A stretch of 64,000 bases of DNA from Ginglymostoma cirratum. Its lineage: Eukaryota. The notes beneath the pieces were generated by a model. That model ran no database searches. It had not been told where the DNA came from and was given only the letters and a program-made list of their open reading frames with translations. Made by a program: the position numbers and the translations under genes. The number at the start of each line of letters is the position of its first letter. The stretch's first letter is position 1. The stretch lies in the NCBI GenBank assembly GCA_024137785.1, contig JAHRHZ010000112.1:43690288-43754287 (forward strand). The letters are read 5' to 3'. Below, piece after piece: positions 25,292 to 37,084 of the stretch.

Positions 25292-26567
25292 CAAATTTCA
25301 GAGCAATCTTTTTAATTCACACACAGAACTTTTATTGCTTTTTGATGAAGTTCTTCCTAAATCTGATTGATATTTATCAATCTCCAATTTAAATTTATGT
25401 GCTGTGACCCTATTTTCTGACTTAACTTGAAATCATAGATTTGCTTTATTTAATTCAATTAACATTCTGTACAGTTCAGTGAAGATCCTCCTCAACCACA
25501 TTACTTCCACCCAGCAAAGAGCAGTTCTTCCTCAGAGTAAGCACACATCTGTGGCTGAAGAATGGATCATTACAAAAATAAACAGTCTACTTGGATTACT
25601 GTGGCTGTCTTCAACCAACAGGAAAGGAGTTTCGAATGCCCAAAGATGGTATATTTAGAATAAATCACATTGTTTATCAAGAGACACAGTCATGATGCCA
25701 CCAAAATAATATTTGCACAGAAGATAAATGAAAGGAAACAGTGTGACAGACTAGATGTTTTATTGTTTCCCACTGTAAGCTGTAATTATATGCAAAATAA
25801 TTAGCCTGAGGTTAATTCATATATAACATTGTAGTGTCACTGACATCACTCTAATATTTTCCATGATGCTACATGAGTTACCTTTTGTTCTTTTCAGCAT
25901 CCAATTGGCAAGTCTGAACGACTACATTCTTGGTAATTTTGGACAAAAAATATTCAACTGTGCAAAGACCAAACTTTCCAGTAGGGTTTATCATTGTAAA
26001 AAGACAAATTGTGCTGTTTTGATTTGCTGGAATGCTTACCAACTAAGATGGTAGAAATTGTTGAGTGTTAAGCAGCATTAAGTCACATTAAGTCACACTG
26101 CAACCTTTCAAGTCAGGGCAGCCTTGTTCCCCACACACGATAGGCATCAATTCCCTCAAGAAAACAATTCATTGATCAATCAGACAACTGACAAAAGCCA
26201 ACATAATAGTTAGTTGATGAATGCTAAATATAGTCATAAAAGTTTCTGAGGCTAAATTCTTTGTCAAAAAGCAGTAAGCTTTTTACATTGCAGAGTTACC
26301 GGGTGATTGACTGTTTCCCTGAAGAGCATTGCAAAAGAACCTGGGATATTTTTCAAATTTACAAAATTATCTCGTAGAAACAGATATTAATTTCTGTAAC
26401 TAAATTCAAGATTCTAGCAGTCTGACTTTGGAATAGAGTACGTGGAGACAGCCCTACTGCAAGTCTTCTCCTTGAAATTTAAGTATATTTTTTGAAAAAT
26501 GAAACCCATGCATACAAATTTCTACAATTTAATTCATTTTCCACATCTCCCCCAGCCATGGTACAGA

Positions 26568-27220
26568 TAATGGAATTTTGTCCTTCATTGCTAAAGGGAT
26601 TGAGTTTAAAAGCAGAGAGGTTATGTTGCAGCTGTACAAGGTGCTGGTGAGGCCACACCTGGAGTACCGTGTTCAGTTTTGGTCTCCTTATTTGAGAAAG
26701 GATGTACTGGCACTGGAGGGGGTGCAGAGGCGGGTCAATAGGTTGATTCCGGAGTTGAGGGAGTTGGTTTATGAGGAGAGACTGAGTAGGTTGGGATTAT
26801 ATTCATTGGAATTCAGAAGGTTGAGGGGGGGATCTTATAGAAACATATAAAATTATGAAGGGAAAAGATAAGATATAAGGAGAGAGGATGTTTCCAATGG
26901 CAGGTGAAGCTAGGACAAGAGGGCTTAGCGTCAAGATTAGAGGGAGCAGATTTAGGACTGAATTGAGAAGGAACTTCTTCACCCAGAGGGTTGTTAATCT
27001 ATGGAATTCCTTGCCAGGTGAAGTAGTTGACGCTACTTCAGTAAATGTTTTTAAAGCTAAGGTAGATTTTTTTTGAACAATAAAGGAATTAAGGGATATG
27101 GTGAGAGCGCGGGTAAGTGGATCTGAGTCCACAAAAAGATCAGTCATGATCTTGTTGAATGGCGGAGCAGGCTCGAAGGGCCAGAAGGCCTACTCCTGCT
27201 CCTAGTTCTAATGTTCTTAT
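26568..27220 (+). mobile_element. CR1/HER1 LINE 3' fragment (ORF2 C-terminus and tail)
   Basis: ORF 26578-26850 reads LYKVLVRPHLEYRVQFWSPYLRKDVLALEGVQRR and ORF 26888-27076 reads FFTQRVVNLWNSLP. The tail is ttctaatgttcttat. Confidence 0.95.
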
Positions 27221-27259
27221 AAGAATTCTAGTCAGCGGCACAGTATGCACTCAGTGAGC

Positions 27260-29716
27260 ATTATAATTCATAAAAACCATCCTCCTCCTTATATTCTGAA
27301 CCAAAAAATGTCTCAAAGTGCTTCTTCAATGGCACCACCATCCTCATCAGCCTTACTATTCCATCAATAATCACCTACAAGGTTGTCAAACACATTGGAT
27401 ATCCCACACTTATTGAATGATTTGACAACAATCTTTGTTTTGATGCCTCTTCATGCTGTACTGCTAAGTAAGTAGAGTTCTTATGTGTGCTATGGAGGGG
27501 GGAGATGTGGAAAATGAATAAAATTTAATAAATCCGTATAAATGGCTTTTATTTTGAATATGTTATACAGTTAATATTGCTCACTTTGGAACCCATGTGC
27601 TGCCTCCCTCGGTGAATGACTTCTCTCTTCCAACCATCCCGTCATTCAACATTTTTTTCATGCTAACCTTGATGGGCTTGCTCAAAGAGACATCCGAGGG
27701 TTGAACAAGGCTGGTCAGAGCACCATGAATCACTGCATTATTGGGTGTCTTCGATTTAACTTTGACAACAATGTCACTGACACAGTATGATCGTAATGTA
27801 TATGCCCCAGGTGTAAGAATGTTTTCTTTATGTCAAAATCTGTCTGATAGGAAACTCGAAAACCTTTCCTCAGATATATTTTCAAGCCAGCTTCATTCAT
27901 TCATCACTTCAGGGGTCAGGGATCTGTAGACTTATTACAAATGTGGATGACGATTGCTTTTGGGGAATGCTGTTTTGGGATGTTTTCCCCTCTGGGATAT
28001 CGCCAATGAATTAACCTTTGACCCATTGGATGGATATGAAGCACAAAGGTGTCGTTATTCTTTCCACGGACGGTGGAATATTTGTTCTCCAACTTTTCTC
28101 CCTGTTTGGAGTCTCGGCCAGGTGTCCAATACAGATCAAACTGCTTTTGTTGATGTTTGCGAATAAACTGCTGAAATGCTGTTGTGAATTTCTGTTGCTC
28201 GGAGAAAATGTGGGATTTTTGCCTTCTGTAAAGTTGTCTCTGTTCATAAATATGATCCAAGGCTGGCTTTGAAATCTGCAACGCCTAGTTTTCTCAATTA
28301 TTTCAAGATGAAGATTTGGATAGCCCCACAAGAAACAGAAGCCATTCTGGTGATTTTTAATTGCATATTTTACAACATTGTGTTCCACCTGGGGTTGCAC
28401 ACAAGCTTTTCCTCTGTTTGCACATTTATTCTTTGGCATCTGCCTAAACTTGGTACAGAGTTTCCTCCAATCCCTAACATTCTTCTCCAATATCCTGATT
28501 CCTGTAGCTGCTGCTCCAATAGTTCTCCACTCTGCAATCTCAATAATTTTCAGTCTGAATTTTGCTGTGTACCTGCCATCCCGTCTTAATGAGACCATAA
28601 GACCATAAAACATATGAGTGGAAGGCCATTCGGCCCATCAAGTCCACTCCACCATTTAATCATGGCTGATGGGCATTTCAACTCCACTTACCCTCACTCT
28701 CCCCGTAGCCCTTGATTCCTTGCGAGATCAAGAATTTATCAATCTCTGCCTTGAAGACATTCAACGTCCTGGCTACCACTGCGCTCCGTGGCAATGAATT
28801 CCACAGGCCCACCACTCTCTGGCTGAAGAAATTCTGTTCTAAATTGACCCCCTATAATTCTAAGGCTGTGCCCACGGGTCCTGGTATCCCCACCTAACAG
28901 AAACAACTTCCCAGCGTCCACCCTTTCTAAGCCATGCATTATCTTGTAAGTTTCTATTAGATCTCCCCTCAACCTTCTAAACTCTAATGAATACAATCCC
29001 AGGATCCTCAGCTGTTCATCGTATGTTAGGCCTACCATTCCAGGGATCATCCGGGTGAATCTCCGCTGGACACGCTCCAGTGCCAGTATGTCCTTCCTGA
29101 GGTGTGGGGCCCAAAATTGGACACAGTATTCTAAATGGGGCCTAACTAGAGCTTTATACAGTCTCAGAAGCACATCGCTGCTTTTATATTTCAACCCTCT
29201 TGAGATAAATGACAACATTCCATTCGCTTTCTTAATCACGGACTCAACCTGCAAGTTAACCTTCAGAGAATCCTGGACTAGCACTCCCAGGTCCCTTTGT
29301 ACTTCGGCTTTATGAATTTTCTCACCGTTCAGAAAATAGTCCATGCCCGTATTCTTTTTTTTTCCCAAAGTGCAAGACCTCGCATTTGCGTTAAAACCGT
29401 GTTCCTGTCACAGTAGAGGACAGGATTGACAGGAACACAGTGTACGCCACTCCGATTGTAACCTCGATGTCGTGTGTTGTAAGAACAAGGAGATGAACAA
29501 CTGCCTTCAGTGATGTGCCAGCCAAAGGGTCTCTCAGTGAGTAGGTTTGCACCAGCGTGAGTTTCAATTCAATAGCGAGCAAGTGATAAGTAGAAAGAGT
29601 TTAGATGTGTTGTCTAAATGTTCAGGGTCAATTTATACATGAAAAATTCATGTATTTTTGGCCAAAGAGTGGGTTCAACTTTTAACTGCAATTGACCATT
29701 ATTTGGGTATATACTG
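27260..29716 (-). mobile_element. pogo/Tc2-type (POGK-like) DNA transposon fossil
   Basis: Brinker-type DNA-binding domain RYTAKFRLKIIEIAE...EKNVRDWRK (ORF 28011-28613), DDE pieces IGHLAETP, LTSLVQPSDVSLSKPIK and IVVKSFNKCGISN, and an acidic end. The terminus TA|CAGTATATACCC is at 29716-29718. It has frameshifts and stops, and the other end was not found. Confidence 0.85.
28590..29390 (-). mobile_element. CR1/HER1 LINE 3' fragment inserted in the pogo element
   Basis: ORF 28739-29368 reads QRDLGVLV...LYKALVRPHLEYCVQFWAPHLRKDILALERVQRRFTRMIPG. A (TTATGGTC)n tail lies at about 28590-28615. Confidence 0.95.
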
Positions 29717-30459
29717 TAAGAGAACACATTTTGGATGGAAAAGTCACATCTATAATTTCAGATAATTTGGTTGAACGGGAAACTTGACTAACATGCAAAA
29801 AACGTGCAGTGTAAGAGTGTGTTATAATTTACTCTTCTTGGTGGGTTTTATTACTTGCTGTAATATTTCATGTAACTAAAAAGATGCAGAGGGAACACTT
29901 CCAGTCAATTAAGTTTCATGCCTGTTTGCTTAATGGGCTTATATTACATTTTTGTGTTCATCCAGGAGCTAACAGTTGCATAAAGTAATTGCACTGTGTA
30001 ATTTAATCCGACACTAGGAATCAGATTGAGATTACTCAAACTAGTTTCACAGTTTCAAACTTTACAGAAAGGGAGAGATCAGTTATCAGGGCTGCAATGA
30101 AAGCCCAAGGCTTCTTAAACTTTTGAACTGATCACAAACTTAGAAACCTGAACATAAACCCACCTTGTACCCAGTCCGAGAACTGTACAAATGTTCTCAC
30201 CACATCATAAGAACATCAACACAATGCTGAGAGAATCTCTATGTCATGTGACTTGAAACAAACATGAATGTTTAAGTTAATAGTAAAATGAAACAGACTG
30301 CAATCCTGAAAAAGTAAACTAAACATGTGCTTCTCTAAGATTATGCGACAGTGAGAATTTGACTTTATATAGTGCAATATAATTTGTTCAGCACATCCCC
30401 AAGCCTTTCACCACCAATCAATAAAATATAGGTATCGCCTGTTAAGATAGATCCAGAGG

Positions 30460-30700
30460 TCTACGGAAAACGTTGGCCAGGGCAATTTACTGCTCTTCTT
30501 AAAAATAGTATAATGGAATTTATTTTTGTACCAAACTTGGACCTACTTTAGCATTTCATGGCACCTCTGTCAATGCTGCAATCTCTCCATTCACACTGTG
30601 CTGTCAGCTGGCATTGTGTGGTTGTGTGATGAACTGGAATATAAAAACTCACAACCATCTGATTCCACAGCTCTGAGATTCTCAAACTGAATTATATGAT
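30460..30700 (-). mobile_element. Degraded Deu-domain SINE
   Basis: ttggccagggcaatttactgctcttctt...ggcacctctgtcaatgctgca...gtcagc matches the antisense Deu-SINE body. Confidence 0.55.
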
Positions 30701-31217
30701 GTTCATAATCATGGAGACAAAACTGGCCCAAGTTGATACATGAATGATGCCAAAAGGAACAAGAAATCAGACAATTAAAAATAACGGGATTGTAAAATGA
30801 TTCTGTAACAGCTCAAGCAAGAAACTTAGAATCTGCACTTAGGCAGCAAACTCTACCAACTAGAACAATAAAAACATATACTCAAGAAATTCAGATTTCC
30901 TTATGATTCTGCAACTCTTAAAATCAGTGAACACTACACAAGTAAAAATAGGAACCAGAATAGACACACAGCAAATCCCAAGATCGAAAAGGAACACACA
31001 AATGAAACCCAATTCACTTCAATAATTGTTGACATGATTTTTATAACCTTATCAAACATTCATGTGGATTGTTTCCACATTCTCTGCTCCTAAATTTGAT
31101 TTTACAATACACTCCATTTTTGTTGTTTTCTGTTGAACAGCTATGTTGTAATATGAGATAACAAGCATGGGGCTGGATGAACACAGCAGGTCAAGCAGCA
31201 TCATAGGAGCAGGAAAA

Positions 31218-31251
31218 CTTGACGTTTCGGGCCTAAACCCTTCATCAGAAA
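31218..31251 (-). ncRNA. Minimal type I hammerhead ribozyme motif (PLE-associated)
   Basis: The minus strand reads UUU-CUGAUGA-A-GGGUUUAGGCCC-GAAAC-GUC-AAG: conserved core, stem II GGG/CCC, loop-less palindromic stem III AC/GU, GUC cleavage triplet, and stem I UUU/AAG. Confidence 0.7.
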
Positions 31252-31451
31252 TGGGGGAGGGGAAGAGGGCTCTGAAATAAATAGGGAGAGAGAGGGATGT
31301 GGATAGAGGATGGACAGAGGAGAGGATAGGTGGAGAGGAGGCAGACAAGTCAAAGAGGCGGGGATGGAGCCAGTAAAGGTGAGTGTAGGTGGGGGGTAGG
31401 GAGGAGATAGGTCAGTCCAGGGAGGACGGACAGGTCAAGGGGGCGAGATGA

Positions 31452-31851
31452 NNNNNNNNNNNNNNNNNNNNNNNNNNNNNNNNNNNNNNNNNNNNNNNNN
31501 NNNNNNNNNNNNNNNNNNNNNNNNNNNNNNNNNNNNNNNNNNNNNNNNNNNNNNNNNNNNNNNNNNNNNNNNNNNNNNNNNNNNNNNNNNNNNNNNNNNN
31601 NNNNNNNNNNNNNNNNNNNNNNNNNNNNNNNNNNNNNNNNNNNNNNNNNNNNNNNNNNNNNNNNNNNNNNNNNNNNNNNNNNNNNNNNNNNNNNNNNNNN
31701 NNNNNNNNNNNNNNNNNNNNNNNNNNNNNNNNNNNNNNNNNNNNNNNNNNNNNNNNNNNNNNNNNNNNNNNNNNNNNNNNNNNNNNNNNNNNNNNNNNNN
31801 NNNNNNNNNNNNNNNNNNNNNNNNNNNNNNNNNNNNNNNNNNNNNNNNNNN
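31452..31851. other. Assembly gap (400 N)
   Basis: Run of N; the fixed size suggests a placeholder. Confidence 1.
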
Positions 31852-32203
31852 CCAGCAGCCCAATGGCATCAATGTGGATTTCACAAGCTTCAAAATCTCC
31901 CCTCCCCCAACCGCATCCCAAAACCAGCCCAGCTCATCTCCACCTCCCTCACCTGTTTTTCCTCTCACCTCAAGCCACACCCCCATCTCCTATCTACTAA
32001 CATCATCCCGCCCCCTTGACCTGTCCGTCCTCCCTGCACTGACCTATCTCCTCCCTACCCCCCTACCTACACGCACCTTTACTGGCTCCATCCCCGCCTC
32101 TTCGACTTGTCTGCCTCCTCTCCACCTATCCTCTCCTCTATCCATCCTCTATCCACCTCCCCCTCTCTCCCTATTTATTTCAGAACCCTCTTCCCCTCCC
32201 CCA

Positions 32204-32237
32204 TTTCTGATGAAGGGTTTAGGCCCGAAACGTCAAG
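32204..32237 (+). ncRNA. Minimal type I hammerhead ribozyme motif (PLE-associated)
   Basis: tttctgatgaagggtttaggcccgaaacgtcaag is identical to the minus-strand copy at 31218-31251. Confidence 0.7.
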
Positions 32238-32749
32238 TTTTCCTGCTCCTATGATGCTGCTTGACCTGCTGTGTTCATCCAGCCCCATGCTTGTTATCTC
32301 GGATTCTCCAGCATCGGCAGTACCTTTTATCTATGTTGTAATATGCTTTGTTTTCAAATCCATTACATCATCTCGCCACTTTCTTTGTTGTCTGATTCTA
32401 TTTTCAACACTTTTTGGCCAAAATAATTCCAACAATATTTTTTCAGTGTCATTCTTCAGTTCTATTTTATTAAAAGTTTTTCCAACTAGTCATCACCCAA
32501 CTAATTTGCAGTATATGTCTGCAACACTATGACTCAAATGCCAGTTCAATGGTCTTGTTAGACTCAAGGCCCATCTTTCATATCCTTACAATGCTGTAAA
32601 GCAGCAGATCTCTTTTAGTGTTTTTATATCACAAGCATCATGATTATTATCGTTCTCCCTCAATACAGAGTCAAGGATGATGACTCTGGAGTGAACAGTA
32701 ACATCTACGTCAACACAGAAAAATCATCCTTTACATGAGTGTCATCGAG

Positions 32750-34310
32750 TAAGTTTGGACACTGAGTCGCATAAGAACAGGTGGTCAAAAGCTTGGTTCA
32801 AGAGACAAGTTTTGGTTTTTAGCAGCATCTTCAAGGACTGCTATAGAGATGGGAAGGTTTTTGGTGAGAAATCCTGAACTTATACACACACAACCCAAGG
32901 CAAGGCTTCCAATGATGCAGTAATTAAAACTGACAATGCACATGAGGCCGGTACTGGAAGATTGCAGAATCCTTGGAGTGTTGTAGAACTGGAGATTACA
33001 AAGACATAGAGGGTGAAATCTTACAGGGATGTGAAAGCAAGAATGAGAATTTTAAAATCAAGAAGTTGTTGCAAGATCAGAACCTGATGGAATGAAGCAA
33101 GCACAGGACTGACAGGTGAACACGACTTTGGTTTTGTTTTCCAATGACAGGTCAGAACTTCACCTGCCTGTTTTTGCATTTAAATCCAAAACCTGCTTTT
33201 TTTAAAAGGGAATCAAAGTAACTGCTACTGGTTGGCAAAAAGTCTATGAAGACGTAGGGATATAACAACAAAATGTGTCAAAGAAACTGCAAAGAGGGAG
33301 AGAAAGAACGCAACTTGAGATAAGGAGGGAGTTAACTAACTGTCCTCCCCTCAGCAGACAGCCACCTCTTACAGAGCCCAGTTCCTGGGAAATAAAAAAC
33401 GGACCCGAAACGTTAACTATGTTTTTTCCTTCACAGATGCTGCCAGACCTGCTGAGTTTTTCCAGCAACTTTGTTTTTGTTCCATTTAAAAAAGGAACTT
33501 TATTGTATCTCCCCTTCACGAAAGTCTGATCTGTATTACCTATTTTTGACTTCTATGCTTTTGGACTCACATTATTCCTAGTCTATTTGTATTACATTAG
33601 TATTTCTTCTTGTGTGTCGGGATTAATGAACGCACTCTGTTTGTTAATTCAAGAAAGCCTGCTTAAATCGGCTCCCTTTAAACATAAGTTCATTTCGGTC
33701 AGAGAGAAAGGGAAGGGATCCTTTTTAAATTAACCTCATTGCGGCCTACTGAGAGGTTGGGTGAGCAAAAAAAGGGAGCTAGTTCATCCTATTTCACCCG
33801 GGAGCTTAATCGCTTTGGGTATCCCATCTGAAATGGTCACAAATTGGGGAACCTCACCTGGGGTCTGGTCATAATGCTAGTTAGGATACATACAGCATGG
33901 ACATTAGTTTTATGTGGGGAGAAAGATCACAGGCTGGAATAGTTAAGTCGAGCAAAGGGAGAGCTGAGTTTCAGCAGATGACCTGAGGGAGGGGAAAATC
34001 AGGTGTTGCCGTGGAAGTGGAAATAGTGGTCATGGGCGAGAACACGTATGAAGTGGGAAGTTCAGCTCAGGGTCAAACGTTGCAAACAGTCCTGTTCAGC
34101 CTCAAATGGCTGCCAAGAACAAGGATCATGTCAGTGGCTAGGAAATAAACTCTGTGGCAGGGACCAAAGACAAAAAAGCTTTGGTCTTTCCAGTATTTGG
34201 TCAGAGGGGATTTGTGTTGGTCCACTACTTGTTGTGTGCAAAATGAGATATGGTGGAGGGGTTCACAGCTGGTGGTGGGCGATAGCCATTGGTCATGAGT
34301 GAACAAGTAA
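32750..34310 (-). mobile_element. Degraded L2-like LINE split by a ~740-bp insert (33131-33873) that contains a PLE end at about 33400-33483
   Basis: L2-like sequence ...gacaggtgaacacgactttgg resumes as tgctagttaggatacatacagc at 33874. The insert contains ggacccgaaacgttaac...cttcacagatgctgccagacctgctgag. Confidence 0.55.
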
Positions 34311-37084
34311 AACCTCAAATAAAAGCAAAAGATTGCAAATACTGGAGGTCTGATACAAAATCAGAAAGTGCTGCAGAAACTCAGCCATTCTAGCAGCATC
34401 TGTGGGAAGAGAAATAGAGTTAACATGTTGGGGCCAATATCACTTCTCTTTGGAATGGAAGACAAGTCACATTGGAGTTGAAAAGTTAACTTTGTTTCTC
34501 TCTCTAACATGTAAAATTTGATGTATTTTCAGACGATGTCACTGAAGTAAAAGATGTGATTCTTTTTCACGTGGTCCGGAGTAATATTCCCTCTAAACCA
34601 TGTAGGCTGCCACATGTTGTGCTTTAATCTAACACACTTGGATAGCTGTATTAAAGAAAAATATAAGGGTTCTGCTAATTGAAGTAAACAGTCTATGTGC
34701 AAAAAATATTAGAGGGAGCACTGGTCCATAGTTAAGTCAGATCTAGCAGCAGTTTTACATCACACAAAATTACTGTTGTGTGAAGCTGAAAATGTTTCAC
34801 ACTCCATAAGATCATAGGAAATAGGAAGAACAGTAGGCCATTCAGTCTCTTGAGCTTGCTCTACCATCCAATAAGATTCGACCATCCTCATGTCAAGCTG
34901 CTCACTCATGCCAAGCTTGAACATGAATGTCCCCCTAAAATTCTGCTTTGCATCATCAGCTTGACTTTATTATTGCACGCATGGAATTTCAAATTGTTAG
35001 GAACTTTTTTATAATCATTAGCCTTCATTAAACATTTCCGCTTTCTATTGCTTATTGGCTACTCAAATAAACTATTTTTTTCCTCACTACATCTATGTTG
35101 TTCATACTAAAATAAATTTTCAGAAACATGTTTACCATTGACTTTTTTATCTAATTTCAATTAATTGGCAATCAACTTTAGAAATTTGTCTAATGTGCCT
35201 TCTTCTACATCCCTTGTCATTTATCTTTTGTATGTACAGTCTATTCTTGGTATCGCCAGAACTGTTTTATCAATTTTCTATTATCCTAAATCCTCCTTTT
35301 AAGTCACCTTATAAAAAATAAGTCTGTTCTCAGTCCATTGCTGTTAGAAACCGAAAACAAAGTACGGCAGATGCTGAATGTTGAAAAGGTTTCAGCATCT
35401 GTGGGGATAGAAACAGAGTTTTAATGCTTCAAGTCAATAACTTTTAATCAGATGGCTTTCTGATTTGGGTTTATTGCCAGCTATGTCCAGAACTACCACA
35501 AAATCCTGTTCAACCACAGAGATGAAAATATACCTTCACATTAGAAGTTATTATCATGGAACAAGATAAGATTTTACATCATCTGCCGCAGAGGGCATAA
35601 AAGTCATGAGAAACACTTGGGACAAGTGCTAAAAGAAGGGGCTACGATTCAATAACGGAGAATGCTCTATGTTTGGCTTCTCAAAAGTCCATCAGAAGAT
35701 GTGCACTGCCAGATTCTGAAGAGTATTTGGACAATGTGAAGCAGAGAGGGACCATTTTTATCCAAACATTTTTGGGAAGTCCCAAAATTACAATGGACAT
35801 GTGGCTTTCTGAAAAATCACTCGAGTGAGCTATTCAACAGATTGCATAAAACACAGAATGAGATAACATGGACCTCGAAAACAGTGGAGGAAAAATATTT
35901 CAGGAAAACATCTTTATCCAAAAGTAATGAGATTAAAAAAGAATTCCCACCATATGTAGTTTATCAACAAAGAAGATCAAATTCAATAAACTATCTGCGA
36001 TAACTGAGCTACTACATATTGCAATCACCACATTTACATTTGTTTTGAAGATGACTGCAGAAATATTTTCAATTAATTATAACAAAGTTTGTAAACCCAT
36101 TGGTTCTGAAGCTCTGCGACCTTCTATCAAGCCCCTATTAAAAAACTAGCAAAAGACTGGTAAAATCAAGGAAAGAATGGCATATCATTTTGTTTTTAAC
36201 TTTAAACTATCTCTCCAGAGGTTCCATTAACATCTAGCTCGAAAACAACATGGGCCACAGAGACAGTTGTTTTTCAGTTGTGTAACTGTTTTTCTGAATT
36301 ATTAAAACAAGTATACAGAGGCAAACAGCAAGAACGAATAAGTTTTCAGCACCTTGTCTCAGTTCTCAGCATTTCCACAGCTCATTGCCTTTATGCAGAA
36401 TGTTTGGCTTAATTACTTTCAAAATGAGTAGTCCATCCTTAAATACTATGGCTCTGCTGCTATTTGATTTTGTGTAAGTAATTTGAACGCAGCAATAGGT
36501 GGTCAAGAAAAAGCAGACATGGCTATTCTGCAACCAAAATGCCACCTCCTCAAAGATATAGACTTGGCAGAGAAACTGGATCAATACCAGTTTACACCAT
36601 CCTATTTGCATAAAATTACATGACAAAAACAGAAACAGGCCACTTGTTCCCAACTACTCCATACATGTGCCTATGTTCCACACAAGGCTCTGCCCACTCT
36701 ACTTCAGTGAACCTTTCTATTCCTTTAAATACAGCAATGCATTTCACCTTAATTATCCCATGTGTGGTAGTGAGCTTCAGAGTATAACCATTCCTTGAAT
36801 AAAGAAAGCTTTTCTAAATTCCTTACTAGATATATTGGTGATTCTAACTAGTTATAGTTTATATTAATATATTGATTATTTTAATTAGTTATAGTTTTGG
36901 TCTCTCCTGATTTATCAAAACATTTTCTTTGCATCAATTATCTGAAAGATCTCTCAGATCAGCCTCAGCTTTCACTTAGAGCACAAAGCCTCATCCTGTT
37001 CAGTTTTCTTCCTGAAAGTTATAACCTCTCAGCTCTAGTAGCCCCTGGATAAATCTTTTCAACAGTTTCTCCATTTTGGAATAT

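Larger units (their letters stand above)
31156..32330 (+). mobile_element. Young Penelope-like retroelement with inverted 5' pseudo-LTR; middle lies in a 400-N gap
   Basis: TSD ctatgttgtaatatg at 31141-31155 and 32331-32345. The left arm (about 31155-31451) is the inverse of about 32000-32300, and the right copy has an extra ~30-bp tail. After the gap, QQPNGINVDFTSFKI resembles the PLE GIY-YIG C-terminus (LGTLQPxGxNxDF). Confidence 0.88.

Noticed and set aside
25882-25960. Possible start exon ending ...GAACAAAAG|gtaact
   Set aside because: The phase-0 frame needed to join the 4883-4960 exon has a TGA five codons from the end.
28011-28613. 200-aa ORF as a domesticated POGK-like gene
   Set aside because: Its start comes from the CR1 tail, the frame shifts after the DNA-binding domain and the DDE part has stops, so it is a fossil.
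31412-32254. Long ORFs spanning the first N gap (and 59796-60347 spanning the second)
   Set aside because: These are artefacts of translating N runs; only the short GIY-YIG-like tail after the first gap is meaningful.
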